From Pseudomonadota bacterium (GTDB taxonomy: Bacteria; Pseudomonadota; Gammaproteobacteria; Enterobacterales; Vibrionaceae), in the NCBI GenBank assembly GCA_036126475.1, contig JAYYSE010000125.1, forward strand, positions 12,159 to 76,158: a stretch of DNA of 64,000 bases. The letters are read 5' to 3'. Each line of letters opens with the position of its first letter. The stretch's first letter is position 1. The notes under the pieces were generated by a model, which saw only the letters and a program-made list of their open reading frames with translations, ran no database searches and had not been told where the DNA came from. The position numbers and the translations under genes were made by a program. Shown piece by piece: positions 41,085 to 52,946 of the stretch.

Positions 41085-43217
41085 TTAATTAAAGAAACCT
41101 TTCAATAAACCATCTACGGCTTCTTTGGTCTTCTCATCTTTAATCTTATCCGTTAGCTTGTTAACACCACGGTCGATCTCTTTCTGTGCTTTTTGCTTTA
41201 ACAAATCATCAAAAACGAGAGCGAATTTCGGGTCAGCCCATTGGCCAGTCACCTTAATTGGAATCGTGACATCTTTCAGATCATCAATCCCCTTACCGCC
41301 CTGACCTTCTAATGTGCCAACAATCGATGTTCTTACTAAGAAGTCTACCGTTTCATTAATGAAATTCGCTTTACCTTGGCCTGTAACGCGCAGTAGTGGT
41401 GATTGTGCCGACAAATCATTCGTTGAAACCCAACCTCTATCAACCTTAAGCGTCGCTTTCATCGCACTAAAGTCAGTCTTTTTAGCTTCATTTGTACTTT
41501 CAACTTTTTCGCCTTTGATCTTCGCGTAATTCTCACGAATCAGTTGTGCAACGTTGATACCGTTAACCGCACCATCTTCAAAGTTAATCACGATAGTACC
41601 AACTAAGTTCTTTTTGATTCCTGTTGGTGTAAGGCTCTTACCTTTCACATTCACATCGATATTACCTGTACCTTCAAGCATATCGTTACCAGCAACATCA
41701 ACCAATAATGGCTGAACTTCCACACCTTTAATTCTCTTCTTAGCAGTGTAAGTCGCCGGTGTTTTACGAGCGTCTAATTTCGCTGTCGCAGAGATAGAAC
41801 CTTGGTAAAGGTTTGACGTGAATGAAGTTAATTCAGCAACACCGCGGTTAACAGAGAATGCCGTTTTAACATTCTGCATTTTTGCATTGTTTGCTTTGAA
41901 CTTATCGATAGTGATATCACCTTTCACATCGAGCGTTTTAAGAGCAGATAGGTCAGGTTCAACTTCTTTTGCTGGCACTGAGTTACCTGACTTCGACGTT
42001 GAGACACTAGCAGTATCAGAAGGCGCCATGCTCGTGGTTTCTGTTGAATTACCTAAACCTAAGAACTCGTCTAAATCAATGTTCGGGCTATGTAGCGAGA
42101 AACGAACCTTTGGTATGTCTGACAGAGTAACGTTGGCTTTACCGTCTAATGCAATAGAGTTAACTTGTAGCTTCTCTAACACAAAGCTCAAATGACTCTT
42201 CGTTAGATCAAAGCTAAGATCAGACAACATGTCAACTTTCATTGGTGACTGAGGAAGCGTGTCACCCTTGAACGTAGAATCTGACGTTAACTTGTTCAGT
42301 GTCACTTTTGAAATGGCTTTATCAACCGTCAGCTCACTGCCACCTTTCAGGTCTAAATCTAGACCTGCAGCTTTACCAACCACAGCGTAAGTCAGTTGGT
42401 TAACCTTATCGAACTCAAACGTATCTAAACCAATCTTTGCCGATTCAATTGACGTCGCTGGGTCATTAAACTTAGCGTTTAGGTCGATGTTACGTAGTGC
42501 ATAGCTTGCAAAGCCTTCAGCCAGTTTGAACTCTGCGCTACCGTTAGCTGAGAATTTTTGTTGGTTGTTCTCCCCAGACGCAGCGAAAGTTGCTGTAGTC
42601 CATGTGTCCACTGCGAACTCAGATAGATTCAAAGACACATCGTACAGCTTAGTGAAAGAACCGGCTTGCTTATCGTCCATTTCAAATAATGCATTTGAAA
42701 TCGTCACGCCCGCTAGGTTTATTGTCCAGCCTGATGCCTCTGCTGCACTTTGCTCTTGTGGCGATTGCGCTGGCTCAGACGTTGCATCAGCAGCTGGCGC
42801 CGATGCATCGGATGCAGATGCTTGCGTCAGCGCATCAATATTTTTACGGCCATCTTTAAGCGTTTCTAAGTAGAACTCTGCGCCATCTAGAGTGATGTTA
42901 CCGATCTCTAGTTGATTACTAAATAGCGGAGTAACCGAAACATCAACGCCAACGGTATCAACCTTAAACAGATTCGGTTGGGTGAACCCTTCTGGGTTGC
43001 GTAATTCAGTTTGGCCAAGCTCGAAGCCAATAGATGGGAAGAATTGCCAGCTGATATCACCCTCGATAACTAGCTCAAGGCCGGTGTGCTTCTGGGCTTG
43101 TTCAACAATTAGTGGCTTAAATTGATTGGGATTCACTAACAGTACTAGTGCCAAAATTGCCGCAACAACAATAAACACTGGCACAGCTATGAAAATGAGT
43201 AGTTTCTTCATCCGCAT
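41085..43217 (-). CDS. asmA: AsmA family protein
   Basis: N-terminal TM, NPNQFKP...TGLELVIEGDISWQFFP, C-terminal AsmA beta repeats; downstream of udk. Confidence 0.9.
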   Translation of the reverse strand: MRMKKLLIFIAVPVFIVVAAILALVLLVNPNQFKPLIVEQAQKHTGLELVIEGDISWQFFPSIGFELGQTELRNPEGFTQPNLFKVDTVGVDVSVTPLFSNQLEIGNITLDGAEFYLETLKDGRKNIDALTQASASDASAPAADATSEPAQSPQEQSAAEASGWTINLAGVTISNALFEMDDKQAGSFTKLYDVSLNLSEFAVDTWTTATFAASGENNQQKFSANGSAEFKLAEGFASYALRNIDLNAKFNDPATSIESAKIGLDTFEFDKVNQLTYAVVGKAAGLDLDLKGGSELTVDKAISKVTLNKLTSDSTFKGDTLPQSPMKVDMLSDLSFDLTKSHLSFVLEKLQVNSIALDGKANVTLSDIPKVRFSLHSPNIDLDEFLGLGNSTETTSMAPSDTASVSTSKSGNSVPAKEVEPDLSALKTLDVKGDITIDKFKANNAKMQNVKTAFSVNRGVAELTSFTSNLYQGSISATAKLDARKTPATYTAKKRIKGVEVQPLLVDVAGNDMLEGTGNIDVNVKGKSLTPTGIKKNLVGTIVINFEDGAVNGINVAQLIRENYAKIKGEKVESTNEAKKTDFSAMKATLKVDRGWVSTNDLSAQSPLLRVTGQGKANFINETVDFLVRTSIVGTLEGQGGKGIDDLKDVTIPIKVTGQWADPKFALVFDDLLKQKAQKEIDRGVNKLTDKIKDEKTKEAVDGLLKGFFN

Positions 43218-43318
43218 ATTCCTTGCTTAGATTCCAAAAGAAAGTGGCACTATAAAAGTGCCACTGATTCGGTAAAAAATAAAGCTAAGTGAGTCACTTA
43301 GGCAAAACTTTTATTCGA

Positions 43319-43960
43319 TTAAGACTTCAACAACTTCGCAATGTGCGCTTTCAGTACATCAATCGCGATACGGTTTTTACCACCACGAGGAACGATGATG
43401 TCTGCATGTTGTTTTGAAGGCTCGATAAACTGCATGAACATTGGACGTACTGTTTCTTGGTATTGCTTTAATACTGTATCCATTGTACGACCACGCTCTT
43501 CAACGTCGCGTTTAACACGGCGTAGTAGACAGATGTCTAGAGGTGTATCCATGAACACACTTGCGTGCATTAGGTTACGAAGACGTGGGTCTGTTAATAG
43601 CAGAATGCCTTCTAAAATGATCACTTTCTTAGGAGTAAGTGTCGTCGTTTCAGAAGTACGTGTATGTTCAGTGTAGCTGTACTCAGGTACTTCTACAGCG
43701 TTACCGCTCATCAGCTGCTGTAAGTGCTCACATAACAGATCATGGTCCAGTGCATTTGGGTGATCGTAGTTAGTTTTAACACGCTCTTCCATACTCAAGT
43801 GGCTTTGGTCACTGTAATAGCAATCTTCCGTGATAACACCAATTTGATGGTCGCCTACTTTTTCGCGCAGCTCATTATAAATCGTACTAGCAATCAGACT
43901 TTTTCCTGAAGCTGAAGCGCCAGCGATACCTACGATGACACATTGATTATTATCAGACAT
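43319..43960 (-). CDS. udk: Uridine kinase
   Basis: [33 protein letters not shown]. Confidence 0.96.
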   Translation of the reverse strand: MSDNNQCVIVGIAGASASGKSLIASTIYNELREKVGDHQIGVITEDCYYSDQSHLSMEERVKTNYDHPNALDHDLLCEHLQQLMSGNAVEVPEYSYTEHTRTSETTTLTPKKVIILEGILLLTDPRLRNLMHASVFMDTPLDICLLRRVKRDVEERGRTMDTVLKQYQETVRPMFMQFIEPSKQHADIIVPRGGKNRIAIDVLKAHIAKLLKS

Positions 43961-44216
43961 TATTTTGCACCCGATATGGTTTGGTGATGGGAATAGATAA
44001 ACCGCCTGATTATAGGGGCTAAAGCACTGAGATTCTAGTCGCCATTTTAGCAAATTGCAGTCAAATTGATGATCTCAATACATTTACTTAAAATAATCGT
44101 TTGCTTTTAAAAAGCTTAACTATAACTGTTTGCAGTGACTGAATGATCGGCTCGCCGAAAACCAACAACTATTTATCTAATCCATCATTATTTATACAGT
44201 GTGAGAACAAACCTAA

Positions 44217-45293
44217 CTATTCGACCATAGAAATGTTGATCGTTTCTGGCCGCGCTTTACCCATCCAAAACATTTTCGCCGCGACATTTTCAGCCAGCTC
44301 TAGGTAATGGTGTGTGTGCTCGCTGTCCGGGCGACGCGCTACCGTTGGGCAGCCCGCATCGATGTCTTCGCGAACATCAATATGCAGTGGGATTTGCGCT
44401 AAGATATCTAGGTAGAACTCTTCAGACATAGCCTCTGCACCACCAGCGCCAAAGATATGTTCTTTCTCACCACAGTGACTACATATATGGTAGCTCATGT
44501 TTTCAACTAAGCCTGCTACAGGCACACTCACTTTATCGAACATCGCGACTCCTTTACGTGCGTCTGCTAATGCTAGATCTTGAGGAGTAGTCACAACAAC
44601 CGCACCGGTTACTGGAATTTGTTGAGATAGAGTTAACTGGATATCACCCGTGCCCGGTGGCATATCGATCACAAGGTAATCCAGCTCTGGCCATACCGTT
44701 TCATTCACAAGTTGACCGAGTGCTTTTGCCGCCATTGGACCACGCCAAATAGCAGCGTCATCTTTCGATACGAGGTAGCCAATTGAATGAGTGAAAATAC
44801 CGTGTGCTTCGATTGGCATCATCCACTTATTGTTTTGCACTTCTGGCTTCGCATCTAACTGCCCTAGCATCATAGGAACCGATGGGCCGTAGATGTCCGC
44901 ATCCAACAAACCGACTTTTGAACTAGATTTAGATAAAGCCAACGCAAGGTTAACTGAAGTCGTTGATTTACCCACCCCGCCCTTGGCAGAAGTGACGGCA
45001 ATAATATTCTTCACGCCTTTGAGTGGCGTTGAGACCGTCGTTTCAAGTGCCGACGGCTTGACCTTCACTTCAAATTGAAAAGCATTCACAAGCTTTTGTT
45101 CAATCTGAACATTAATCCAATTTTCAAGATCAACAGCAAGCTGATTCGCAGCGAAAGGCAAAGTAATAACAAACGATCCACGAGGATCAACAGAGACAAT
45201 ATTTTGGTGTAGCGCCCACTCTGGGATGAGGATTGGTGACTCAAACTCATTCAACCATGAACAGAAATCTTGCTTCGAAGTAAAGTTACGCAT
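44217..45293 (-). CDS. apbC: Fe-S cluster carrier ApbC/Mrp
   Basis: SAKGGVGKST, DADIYGPS, DMPPGTGD, ENMS..CSHC. Confidence 0.95.
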   Translation of the reverse strand: MRNFTSKQDFCSWLNEFESPILIPEWALHQNIVSVDPRGSFVITLPFAANQLAVDLENWINVQIEQKLVNAFQFEVKVKPSALETTVSTPLKGVKNIIAVTSAKGGVGKSTTSVNLALALSKSSSKVGLLDADIYGPSVPMMLGQLDAKPEVQNNKWMMPIEAHGIFTHSIGYLVSKDDAAIWRGPMAAKALGQLVNETVWPELDYLVIDMPPGTGDIQLTLSQQIPVTGAVVVTTPQDLALADARKGVAMFDKVSVPVAGLVENMSYHICSHCGEKEHIFGAGGAEAMSEEFYLDILAQIPLHIDVREDIDAGCPTVARRPDSEHTHHYLELAENVAAKMFWMGKARPETINISMVE

Positions 45294-45450
45294 TGGGGCT
45301 CCTTTTTTTATTTATGCTATCACCCACGAGATGAAGACTGAACCCCTAAAAAACTAGGGGAATCCTTTGTCTGATACCTTGGCGTATCACACGTTATAAA
45401 GTAGTATTACCAATCAAATTTATACCTATCAAAAAAGCGAATTATTAAGT

Positions 45451-47511
45451 ATGGCAACTGATCCAAGACAACTTTTGGTAACTTGTGCGCTTCCGTACGC
45501 TAACGGCTCTATTCACCTTGGCCATATGCTTGAGCATATCCAAGCTGATATCTGGGTTCGATACCAGCGTCTGCGTGGCAACACTGTAAACTTCATCTGT
45601 GCTGACGATGCTCACGGCACGCCAATTATGCTTAAAGCTCAACAGATGGGTATCACGCCAGAAGAGATGATCGCTGCTGTTAGTGAAGAGCACCAAAAAG
45701 ACTTCGCTGGCTTTGATATCAGCTTTGATAACTACCACAGCACGCACAGCGAAGAGAACCGTGAACTGGCTTCTCACATCTACCTAGAACTTAAAAAGAA
45801 CGGCTTCATTTCTAGCCGCACTATTTCTCAGCTTTTCGACCCTGAGAAAGAGATGTTCCTACCGGACCGTTTCGTAAAAGGTACTTGCCCTAAGTGTAAG
45901 TCAGAAGACCAGTACGGTGATAACTGTGATAACTGTGGTGAAACATACAGCCCAACTGAGCTAATCGAACCTAAGTCAGCAGTTTCTGGCGCAACTCCAG
46001 TAATGAAAGACTCTGAGCACTTCTTCTTCGACCTGCCTCAGTTCGAAAGCATGCTAAAAGAGTGGACACGTTCTGGCTCACTGCAAGCTGAAACAGCAAA
46101 CAAAATGCAAGAGTGGTTTGAGTCTGGTCTACAGCAGTGGGACATCTCTCGTGATGCACCATACTTCGGCTTCGAGATCCCAGGCGAAAAAGACAAGTTC
46201 TTCTATGTATGGCTAGATGCACCAATCGGCTACATGGGCTCATTCAAAAACCTATGTGACAAGCGCGACGATCTAGACTTTAACGAATACTGGAAGAAAG
46301 ACAGCACTGCTGAGCTTTACCACTTCATCGGTAAAGACATCGTTTACTTCCACAGCCTATTCTGGCCTGCAATGCTAGAAGGTTCTGGCTTCCGTAAACC
46401 AAACAACGTATTCGTACACGGCTACGTAACAGTAAACGGCGCTAAGATGTCGAAGTCTAAAGGCACATTCATCAAGGCAAGCACGTACCTAGACCACCTA
46501 GACCCTGAGTGTCTACGTTACTACTACGCTGCGAAACTAAACAGCCGTATCGACGACCTTGACCTTAACCTTGAAGACTTCACTCAACGTGTAAACGCTG
46601 ACGTAGTAAACAAGATTGTAAACCTAGCTTCTCGTAACGCAGGTTTCATCACTAAGCGCTTCGAAGGCAAGCTATCTGCTGAATTTGCGGAACCAGAACT
46701 ATACAACGAATTCGTTGCAGCTGCTGAGCGTATCGGTGAGCTATACGAAACTCGTGAATTCAGCCGTGCTATCCGTGAGATCACTGCATTAGCAGATAAA
46801 GCGAACCAGTACATCGATGAAAAAGCACCTTGGGTTCTTGCAAAAGAAGAAGGTAAAGAGAAAGAGCTTCAAGAAGTTTCTTCCGTAGGTATCAACCTAT
46901 TTCGCGTACTAATGGCTTACCTGAAACCAGTAATGCCAGAGCTTGCAGCTCGTACGGAAGCTTTCCTGAACGAAGAGCTAACGTGGGAAGGCGTTGCTAC
47001 CCCACTAACTGATCACGAGATCACTAAGTTCAAAGCGCTATTTAGCCGTATTGATCCTAAGAAAGTGGAAGCGATGATTGAATCTTCTAAAGAAGATGCA
47101 GCAGCAGAAATGGCAGCTAAAGAGAAAGCGGAAGCTGAGAAAGAAAAAGCAAACCAAACTGAGCTAGATAAAGAACCAATCGCAGAAGAGATTGAGTTTG
47201 ACGCGTTCGCAGCCGTTGATATGCGTATTGCTCGTATCATCTCTTGTGAAGAAGTGCCAAAAGCGAACAAGCTACTGAAGTTCCAACTGGACATCGGTGG
47301 TGAGACTCGCCAAGTATTCTCTGGCATCAAATCAGCATACAAACCTGAAGAGCTAGAAGGCAAGCTAACGGTTATGGTTGCAAACCTAAAACCTCGTAAG
47401 ATGAAGTTTGGTATGTCTGAAGGCATGATCCTAGCAGCGGGTCCTGGCGGCAGCGACCTATGGATTCTTGAGCCACACGAAGGTGCTCAACCTGGTATGC
47501 GTGTAATGTAA
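45451..47511 (+). CDS. metG: Methionine-tRNA ligase
   Basis: HLGH (HIGH), zinc knuckles, KMSKS, C-terminal tRNA-binding domain. Confidence 0.98.
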   Translation: MATDPRQLLVTCALPYANGSIHLGHMLEHIQADIWVRYQRLRGNTVNFICADDAHGTPIMLKAQQMGITPEEMIAAVSEEHQKDFAGFDISFDNYHSTHSEENRELASHIYLELKKNGFISSRTISQLFDPEKEMFLPDRFVKGTCPKCKSEDQYGDNCDNCGETYSPTELIEPKSAVSGATPVMKDSEHFFFDLPQFESMLKEWTRSGSLQAETANKMQEWFESGLQQWDISRDAPYFGFEIPGEKDKFFYVWLDAPIGYMGSFKNLCDKRDDLDFNEYWKKDSTAELYHFIGKDIVYFHSLFWPAMLEGSGFRKPNNVFVHGYVTVNGAKMSKSKGTFIKASTYLDHLDPECLRYYYAAKLNSRIDDLDLNLEDFTQRVNADVVNKIVNLASRNAGFITKRFEGKLSAEFAEPELYNEFVAAAERIGELYETREFSRAIREITALADKANQYIDEKAPWVLAKEEGKEKELQEVSSVGINLFRVLMAYLKPVMPELAARTEAFLNEELTWEGVATPLTDHEITKFKALFSRIDPKKVEAMIESSKEDAAAEMAAKEKAEAEKEKANQTELDKEPIAEEIEFDAFAAVDMRIARIISCEEVPKANKLLKFQLDIGGETRQVFSGIKSAYKPEELEGKLTVMVANLKPRKMKFGMSEGMILAAGPGGSDLWILEPHEGAQPGMRVM

Positions 47512-47544
47512 TTCTGACCTCTGTCAGATAAAGCATTCACTGCC

Positions 47545-47597
47545 AAATCCCTGATGTCACTTAACTGGAAAGAGTTAATAAACATCGGGGATTTTTT
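47545..47597 (+). terminator. Terminator after metG
   Basis: AAATCCCTGATGT...ACATCGGGGATTTTTT. Confidence 0.75.
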
Positions 47598-47727
47598 ATA
47601 TCTACCGAAAACCGGCGTTCTCTGTTAGAGTCGCCGTCAACTATGCTAAGTAAAGTATTACAAGGTTAACGACAGCAATGTGCCGTTTGAAGCCACTTTA
47701 TTCTCTATACCTTTTTAGGACAACTCT

Positions 47728-48207
47728 GTGACTAACAACGAAATCTTGCGTCGTATTCAACACGCATTAAATCTAAAGAACGCACAAATCATCAAAGCTA
47801 TTGAGCAAGCGGATGTGACGGTTACCCACGACCAAATGATTAACTGGCTAAAAGCGGATAACGATAAGTCATGCTCTAAAATGAAAGACAAAGAGTTAGC
47901 GGTATTCCTAAATGGTCTCATCAACCTTAAGCGCGGAAAAAAAGAAGGGGCTCAGCCAAAGCCTGAAATTACACTTACCAACAACATGATTTTCATGAAG
48001 CTACGTATTGCATTGAACATGAAAGCAGAAGATGTGCTCGATGTATTAGAAGTGGTGGGTATCAGCCTAAGCAAATACGAAATTGGTGCCTACTTCCGCA
48101 AACCTGAAAACAAAAACTACAAAGTGTGTGAAGACCAATTGCTTTGTGATTTCCTAAATGGTGTTCAGTTTACTAACCGCCCAGACTCAGAAGAGTTCGT
48201 AGGTTAA
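47728..48207 (+). CDS. yehS: DUF1456 (YehS) family protein
   Basis: Duplicated TNN.I..(R/K)LR.AL module, FLNG motifs, FRKP..KNYK.C.DQ. Confidence 0.88.
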   Translation: MTNNEILRRIQHALNLKNAQIIKAIEQADVTVTHDQMINWLKADNDKSCSKMKDKELAVFLNGLINLKRGKKEGAQPKPEITLTNNMIFMKLRIALNMKAEDVLDVLEVVGISLSKYEIGAYFRKPENKNYKVCEDQLLCDFLNGVQFTNRPDSEEFVG

Positions 48208-48247
48208 ACAGCAAGCTACTAGCAAATTAACCTGACTCTTGATAAAT

Positions 48248-48288
48248 AAAAAGCGGCGAGATAATTGAATTATCTCGCCGCTTTTTTT
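48248..48288. terminator. Bidirectional terminator between yehS and fadR
   Basis: AAAAAGCGGCGAGATAATT-G-AATTATCTCGCCGCTTTTTTT. Confidence 0.88.
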
Positions 48289-48326
48289 GTTCTTACTTTA
48301 GAGACTGACTAAATTAACCCAAAAGA

Positions 48327-49166
48327 TTAGCTGTCATCTTCCGTAAAGTTCGTTGGTAACGTCGTTTTCATTTCGTTCCAGATCTGTGCACTTGCGAGAC
48401 CGTAATTACGAATAACCAAAGGCAAGTTTTCACGTTGACCACCCTCACAGATAACAAACAATTCTTTATAGAACTCCATCGCTAGGCGACGCGCTTCTGG
48501 ATTTGAGAAGTAGTAGCTACCAATACGATCGTAAAGCTTACGTACGCCATTAAAGATCAGACCGTAAATTTGGTTGCCTGAATGGAACGCTAAACGTTGG
48601 AACAGCATGTAGTCGTAAAAGTTAAACGTCTTAGCAATTAAGATCGTCTGACGTTTTGCTTCGTCTTTCTCTGTCTCTTCTTTAACGGCTTGCTTGATCT
48701 TGTCTGCATACGGAGACGATTCTAGGAAATCATCCCATGTAGGTGCCGCAAGTAGCGCTTCACACGATTCAATCACGTTACTGATTGTACGCTCTGAAGC
48801 TTCTTTATTTGCTTTAAATGCATAGCGCATAAAAATAGGGCTTATGTTAGTACGAGCAGCTAGAAGGTCTTCTACCATTTTGCTTGCATTATCCACGTCC
48901 AACGTCATTAACGTATCAAGAATATGAAGACCGGAAGTTTCCATAAACTGGTTAACTTTGGTTGGTTTACCGTGCTGGATAGTTAACCATCCATCACGAG
49001 CAAGACGCTGTAGTACTTCACGAAGCGTAGTACGTGTTACGCCAATTAGCTCAGAAAGCTCACGCTCTGCTGGCAAGATAGAACCTGGAGGGAAACGGCC
49101 ATTCCAAATACTTTCTATAATATACTTCTCTGCAAATCCTGCCGGGCTCTTCGCCTTAATGACCAT
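48327..49166 (-). CDS. fadR: Fatty acid metabolism regulator FadR (Vibrio type, with internal insertion)
   Basis: [17 protein letters not shown], Gnt[13 protein letters not shown]; 279 aa. Confidence 0.97.
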   Translation of the reverse strand: MVIKAKSPAGFAEKYIIESIWNGRFPPGSILPAERELSELIGVTRTTLREVLQRLARDGWLTIQHGKPTKVNQFMETSGLHILDTLMTLDVDNASKMVEDLLAARTNISPIFMRYAFKANKEASERTISNVIESCEALLAAPTWDDFLESSPYADKIKQAVKEETEKDEAKRQTILIAKTFNFYDYMLFQRLAFHSGNQIYGLIFNGVRKLYDRIGSYYFSNPEARRLAMEFYKELFVICEGGQRENLPLVIRNYGLASAQIWNEMKTTLPTNFTEDDS

Positions 49167-49805
49167 CTACACTTCAATCCAATTAAATTATTTTCTTCTA
49201 ATTCACTCATCATACCACTAGTAAAGGCGAGCGGAAACACCCTCAAAAATTTTACTCTCCCAAAACACTAATAGAGTTAAAACTCTAAAGTTCACCTCAT
49301 GTTTTCACCTAAGATTTGCCAAGCAAGTCTCTATAAATCACTATTTAAACAAAGTTTTAACACAAAAAATTCACATTAAAATCAATGACATTAGTCATAT
49401 TTTCGAAGCCGTCAAATTACAACATTAAGTTGTAACAATCATCTATAAACCGTCTTTATTCTGTAAATTTCAATCATTTCGCTGAAATATTGATTCTAGT
49501 CGGTTTTTATCACATTTTAAGTGGTATGCTTCCGCTACTTTGATCGCGTTTCTCACACAAAAAAGACGTATTTTAGGTACTACAGGGCTTTTCCTGTTGA
49601 CTAAATGTTATCTAAGAGTAAAGTTGCGCTCAAAATAAGCAGTGCTTGAGTCTCTAAGGGAGTGACTTGGCAAGACCACAGAACGTTACATGGAATGTAG
49701 TTTTTCTAAGTCACTGTTAGTTATAGATTTTAACACTTTCTGTAGCTCGATTCTCAAAATGTTGTATTGCTTGTCTATTCATAATCAACATAAAAGAGTA
49801 TTAAC

Positions 49806-51398
49806 ATGCCGATGTCTCTCGGAAACGCTTTTATCAAGAATTTCCTTGGTAAAGCTCCTGATTGGTATAAACTTGCCATCATTTCCTTTTTAATCATCAA
49901 CCCGTTTGTTTTCTTCCTGGTTGACCCATTTGTAGCGGGTTGGCTATTAGTGGTTGAGTTTATTTTCACCTTAGCTATGGCTCTCAAATGCTACCCTCTT
50001 CAACCGGGTGGTTTACTGGCAATTCAAGCCGTTGCAATCGGCATGACCAAACCTGAAATGGTTTATCATGAGCTCCAAGCAAACCTTCCAGTATTACTCT
50101 TATTAGTATTCATGGTTGCTGGCATTTACTTCATGAAAGAACTTCTCCTGTTCATTTTCACGAAGATACTGCTCGGCATTCGTTCTAAAATCATGCTTTC
50201 TGTTGCTTTCTGTGTGGCAGCAGCATTCCTATCGGCTTTCCTAGATGCACTGACTGTAATCGCGGTTGTGATCAGCGTGGCAGTGGGTTTCTATTCGATT
50301 TACCACAAAGTAGCATCAGGCAAAGGCTCTAACTCTGCACACGACCACACTCACGATGAAGAAATCTCTGAACTAACTCGTGAAGACTTAGAAGACTACC
50401 GTGCTTTCTTACGTTCACTACTGATGCATGCTGGTGTAGGTACCGCGCTAGGTGGTGTAATGACTATGGTTGGTGAACCACAGAACTTAGTTATCGCTAA
50501 ACAAGCAGGCTGGGAATTTGGTGAGTTCATTATTCGTATGCTTCCTGTAACGCTGCCTGTTTTCTTCTTCGGCATTATAACCTGTGCTCTCGTAGAGAAA
50601 TTCAAAGTATTTGGTTACGGCGCAAAACTGCCAAACAACGTTCGTCAGATCCTTGTCGAGTTCGACAACACACAAAAAGCGAGCCGTACGAAACAAGACG
50701 TAGCAAAACTTTGGGTTCAAAGTGCTATCGCAGTATGGCTAATTTTTGGCTTGGCACTTCACGTTGCTGAAGTTGGTTTGATTGGTCTATCAGTTATCAT
50801 TTTAGCGACTGCGTTTACTGGTGTAATCGAAGAACACTCTATGGGTAAAGCATTTGAAGAAGCGCTACCATTTACCGCGCTTCTTGCTGTTTTCTTCGCT
50901 GTCGTTGCAGTAATCATCGACCAAGCACTATTTAAGCCAGTAATCGATGCGGTACTTCACGTTGAAGATAAAGGCGTACAACTTGCCCTATTCTATGTAG
51001 CCAACGGTATTCTATCGATGGTTTCAGATAACGTGTTTGTAGGTACGGTTTACATCAACGAGGTGAAAACTGCATTGGTTGAAGGCATTATTAATCGTGA
51101 CCAGTTCGACCTACTTGCTGTTGCTATCAACACAGGTACTAACCTACCTTCAGTGGCAACACCAAACGGCCAAGCTGCATTCCTATTCCTATTGACGTCA
51201 GCACTTGCTCCGTTAATTCGACTGTCTTACGGTCGTATGGTAATCATGGCGCTGCCATACACTATCGTGCTAGCACTAGTTGGCCTTGCAGGCATCGTTT
51301 ACTTTGTTGAACCGATGACAGCATGGTTCTATGACGCAGGTTGGATCAGTCAGCGTACAGGTGAAGCGATTGCTCCAGTGATATCTGGTGGTCACTAA
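49806..51398 (+). CDS. nhaB: Na+/H+ antiporter NhaB
   Basis: [30 protein letters not shown]; fadR-nhaB-dsbB synteny. Confidence 0.96.
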   Translation: MPMSLGNAFIKNFLGKAPDWYKLAIISFLIINPFVFFLVDPFVAGWLLVVEFIFTLAMALKCYPLQPGGLLAIQAVAIGMTKPEMVYHELQANLPVLLLLVFMVAGIYFMKELLLFIFTKILLGIRSKIMLSVAFCVAAAFLSAFLDALTVIAVVISVAVGFYSIYHKVASGKGSNSAHDHTHDEEISELTREDLEDYRAFLRSLLMHAGVGTALGGVMTMVGEPQNLVIAKQAGWEFGEFIIRMLPVTLPVFFFGIITCALVEKFKVFGYGAKLPNNVRQILVEFDNTQKASRTKQDVAKLWVQSAIAVWLIFGLALHVAEVGLIGLSVIILATAFTGVIEEHSMGKAFEEALPFTALLAVFFAVVAVIIDQALFKPVIDAVLHVEDKGVQLALFYVANGILSMVSDNVFVGTVYINEVKTALVEGIINRDQFDLLAVAINTGTNLPSVATPNGQAAFLFLLTSALAPLIRLSYGRMVIMALPYTIVLALVGLAGIVYFVEPMTAWFYDAGWISQRTGEAIAPVISGGH

Positions 51399-51478
51399 GC
51401 TACACACTGTGTCGCAAAGCACAAAATGTGTAACTCACTAATCAAAAATATTAGTTGATTAGGAAACTTATCCAAGAT

Positions 51479-51507
51479 AAAAAGCTCTGAGTATTCAGGG
51501 CTTTTTT
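51479..51507 (+). terminator. Terminator-like hairpin between nhaB and dsbB
   Basis: AAAAAGCTCTGA-GTAT-TCAGGGCTTTTTT. Confidence 0.7.
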
Positions 51508-51530
51508 ATTTTTTAGACGGGATTTAATTC

Positions 51531-52055
51531 GTGAACTTTTTTGTAATGCTCAAAGACTTCTCTAAGGGACGTTTATCTTGGCTTTTACTGCTGGCTTTTG
51601 TTGTATTTTTTGAGGCATGCGCCCTTTTCTTCCAGCATGTCATGATGCTTGGCCCTTGTGTCATGTGTATTTATGAGCGTGTGGCAATGCTTGCTATTGG
51701 CGTCGCAGCAATCATAGGTGTCATTGCCCCTAACAACCCTGTATCGCGCTGGCTTGGCCTTGCTGGCTGGGGATGTGGTGCATACAAAGGTTTAACGCTG
51801 GCTTTAGAGCACGTTGATTACCAGTTCAACCCGTCTCCATTTGCGACCTGTGACTTATTCGTAACCTTCCCTAGTTGGGCACCTCTAAACCAATGGGCCC
51901 CGTGGGTATTTGAAGCCTATGGCGACTGTAGTAAGGTAGTATGGCAGTTCTTTTCGCTTTCTATGCCTCAATGGCTTGTCATTATCTTTGCGGGCAACTT
52001 AGTAGCGGTCGGTTTCGTGGTAATTTCTCAATTCGTTAAATCCAAAAACAACTAG
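51531..52055 (+). CDS. dsbB: Disulfide bond formation protein DsbB
   Basis: PCVMCIYER, PFATCD, GDC, LSMPQW. Confidence 0.96.
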   Translation: MNFFVMLKDFSKGRLSWLLLLAFVVFFEACALFFQHVMMLGPCVMCIYERVAMLAIGVAAIIGVIAPNNPVSRWLGLAGWGCGAYKGLTLALEHVDYQFNPSPFATCDLFVTFPSWAPLNQWAPWVFEAYGDCSKVVWQFFSLSMPQWLVIIFAGNLVAVGFVVISQFVKSKNN

Positions 52056-52077
52056 TCACTCACGCTTTACAAAAACT

Positions 52078-52105
52078 AAAAAGTCGACCTTCGGGTCGAC
52101 TTTTT
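52078..52105. terminator. Bidirectional terminator with UUCG tetraloop
   Basis: AAAAAGTCGACC-TTCG-GGTCGACTTTTT. Confidence 0.9.
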
Positions 52106-52145
52106 GTTATCAGATCTTTCTTACGCTTTAGAGCGCAGAAAACGT

Positions 52146-52766
52146 TTAACTGTTCTTACCACAGCATTGCTTGAACTTTTTACCGCTTTCACACGGACAA
52201 GCATCGTTGCGACCGATATCTTTAAACGGATTCACGCTCTGAGACTTATTACCCAGCATGGCTTCATCAGCGGCCAATGCAACCTCAGAAATCATTAAGT
52301 CAACTTGACCAACAAGATCAGCAAGTTTCGGCGGGTTCTCTAGTCCAGCCGCAACCATTTGTTGCTGAGTCTGCTCTTCATCAATAGCAAGCATCAATGT
52401 CGTGAGCAAAGCTTGTAGCATGCGCAGTGTGCCATCAGCGACACTCACGGTTTGCCATTGTTCTTCAACGGTTGGCCACACCATCATGAAGCCTTCTGCG
52501 AAATCAGCGAACTGCTCGGTAAAGTCACCTTCAGAAAATACATCTATCAGTAAGTATTCACTACGTTGAATAAGATTGTGTTGGCGATTGATCTGTTCTG
52601 TCACGATTGCCACAAGCGCTTCACCGGCTTCTGGAGCAATGATCGCAAGCCACGCTTGAGGCTCTAACGGCTTAGTGGCTAGGTTAGAAGCAAGAATTGC
52701 CCCTTCAAGAAACTGCGGGGTAATGTCTGTAATTGATTCTGGTAGGCTTAATAATTGATATGTCAT
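52146..52766 (-). CDS. YecA-like (UPF0149) protein with C-terminal SEC-C metal-binding motif
   Basis: FAEGFM helix; [18 protein letters not shown]. Confidence 0.85.
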   Translation of the reverse strand: MTYQLLSLPESITDITPQFLEGAILASNLATKPLEPQAWLAIIAPEAGEALVAIVTEQINRQHNLIQRSEYLLIDVFSEGDFTEQFADFAEGFMMVWPTVEEQWQTVSVADGTLRMLQALLTTLMLAIDEEQTQQQMVAAGLENPPKLADLVGQVDLMISEVALAADEAMLGNKSQSVNPFKDIGRNDACPCESGKKFKQCCGKNS

Positions 52767-52946
52767 GAAAGCTCTGGGTATTGGGGTATTTTCACTATTA
52801 TAACGCCATCACGTGCGATATGTCGCCTTTGACCCATAGAGCCTGTCTCGATCTACGCCAAGCCACACTCATAGTGACAATCATGTAGGCAAGCCGTACA
52901 ATCACGCCTCTTTATTTTTAGGACAGAGATGTTTCGGTAGATCAGC

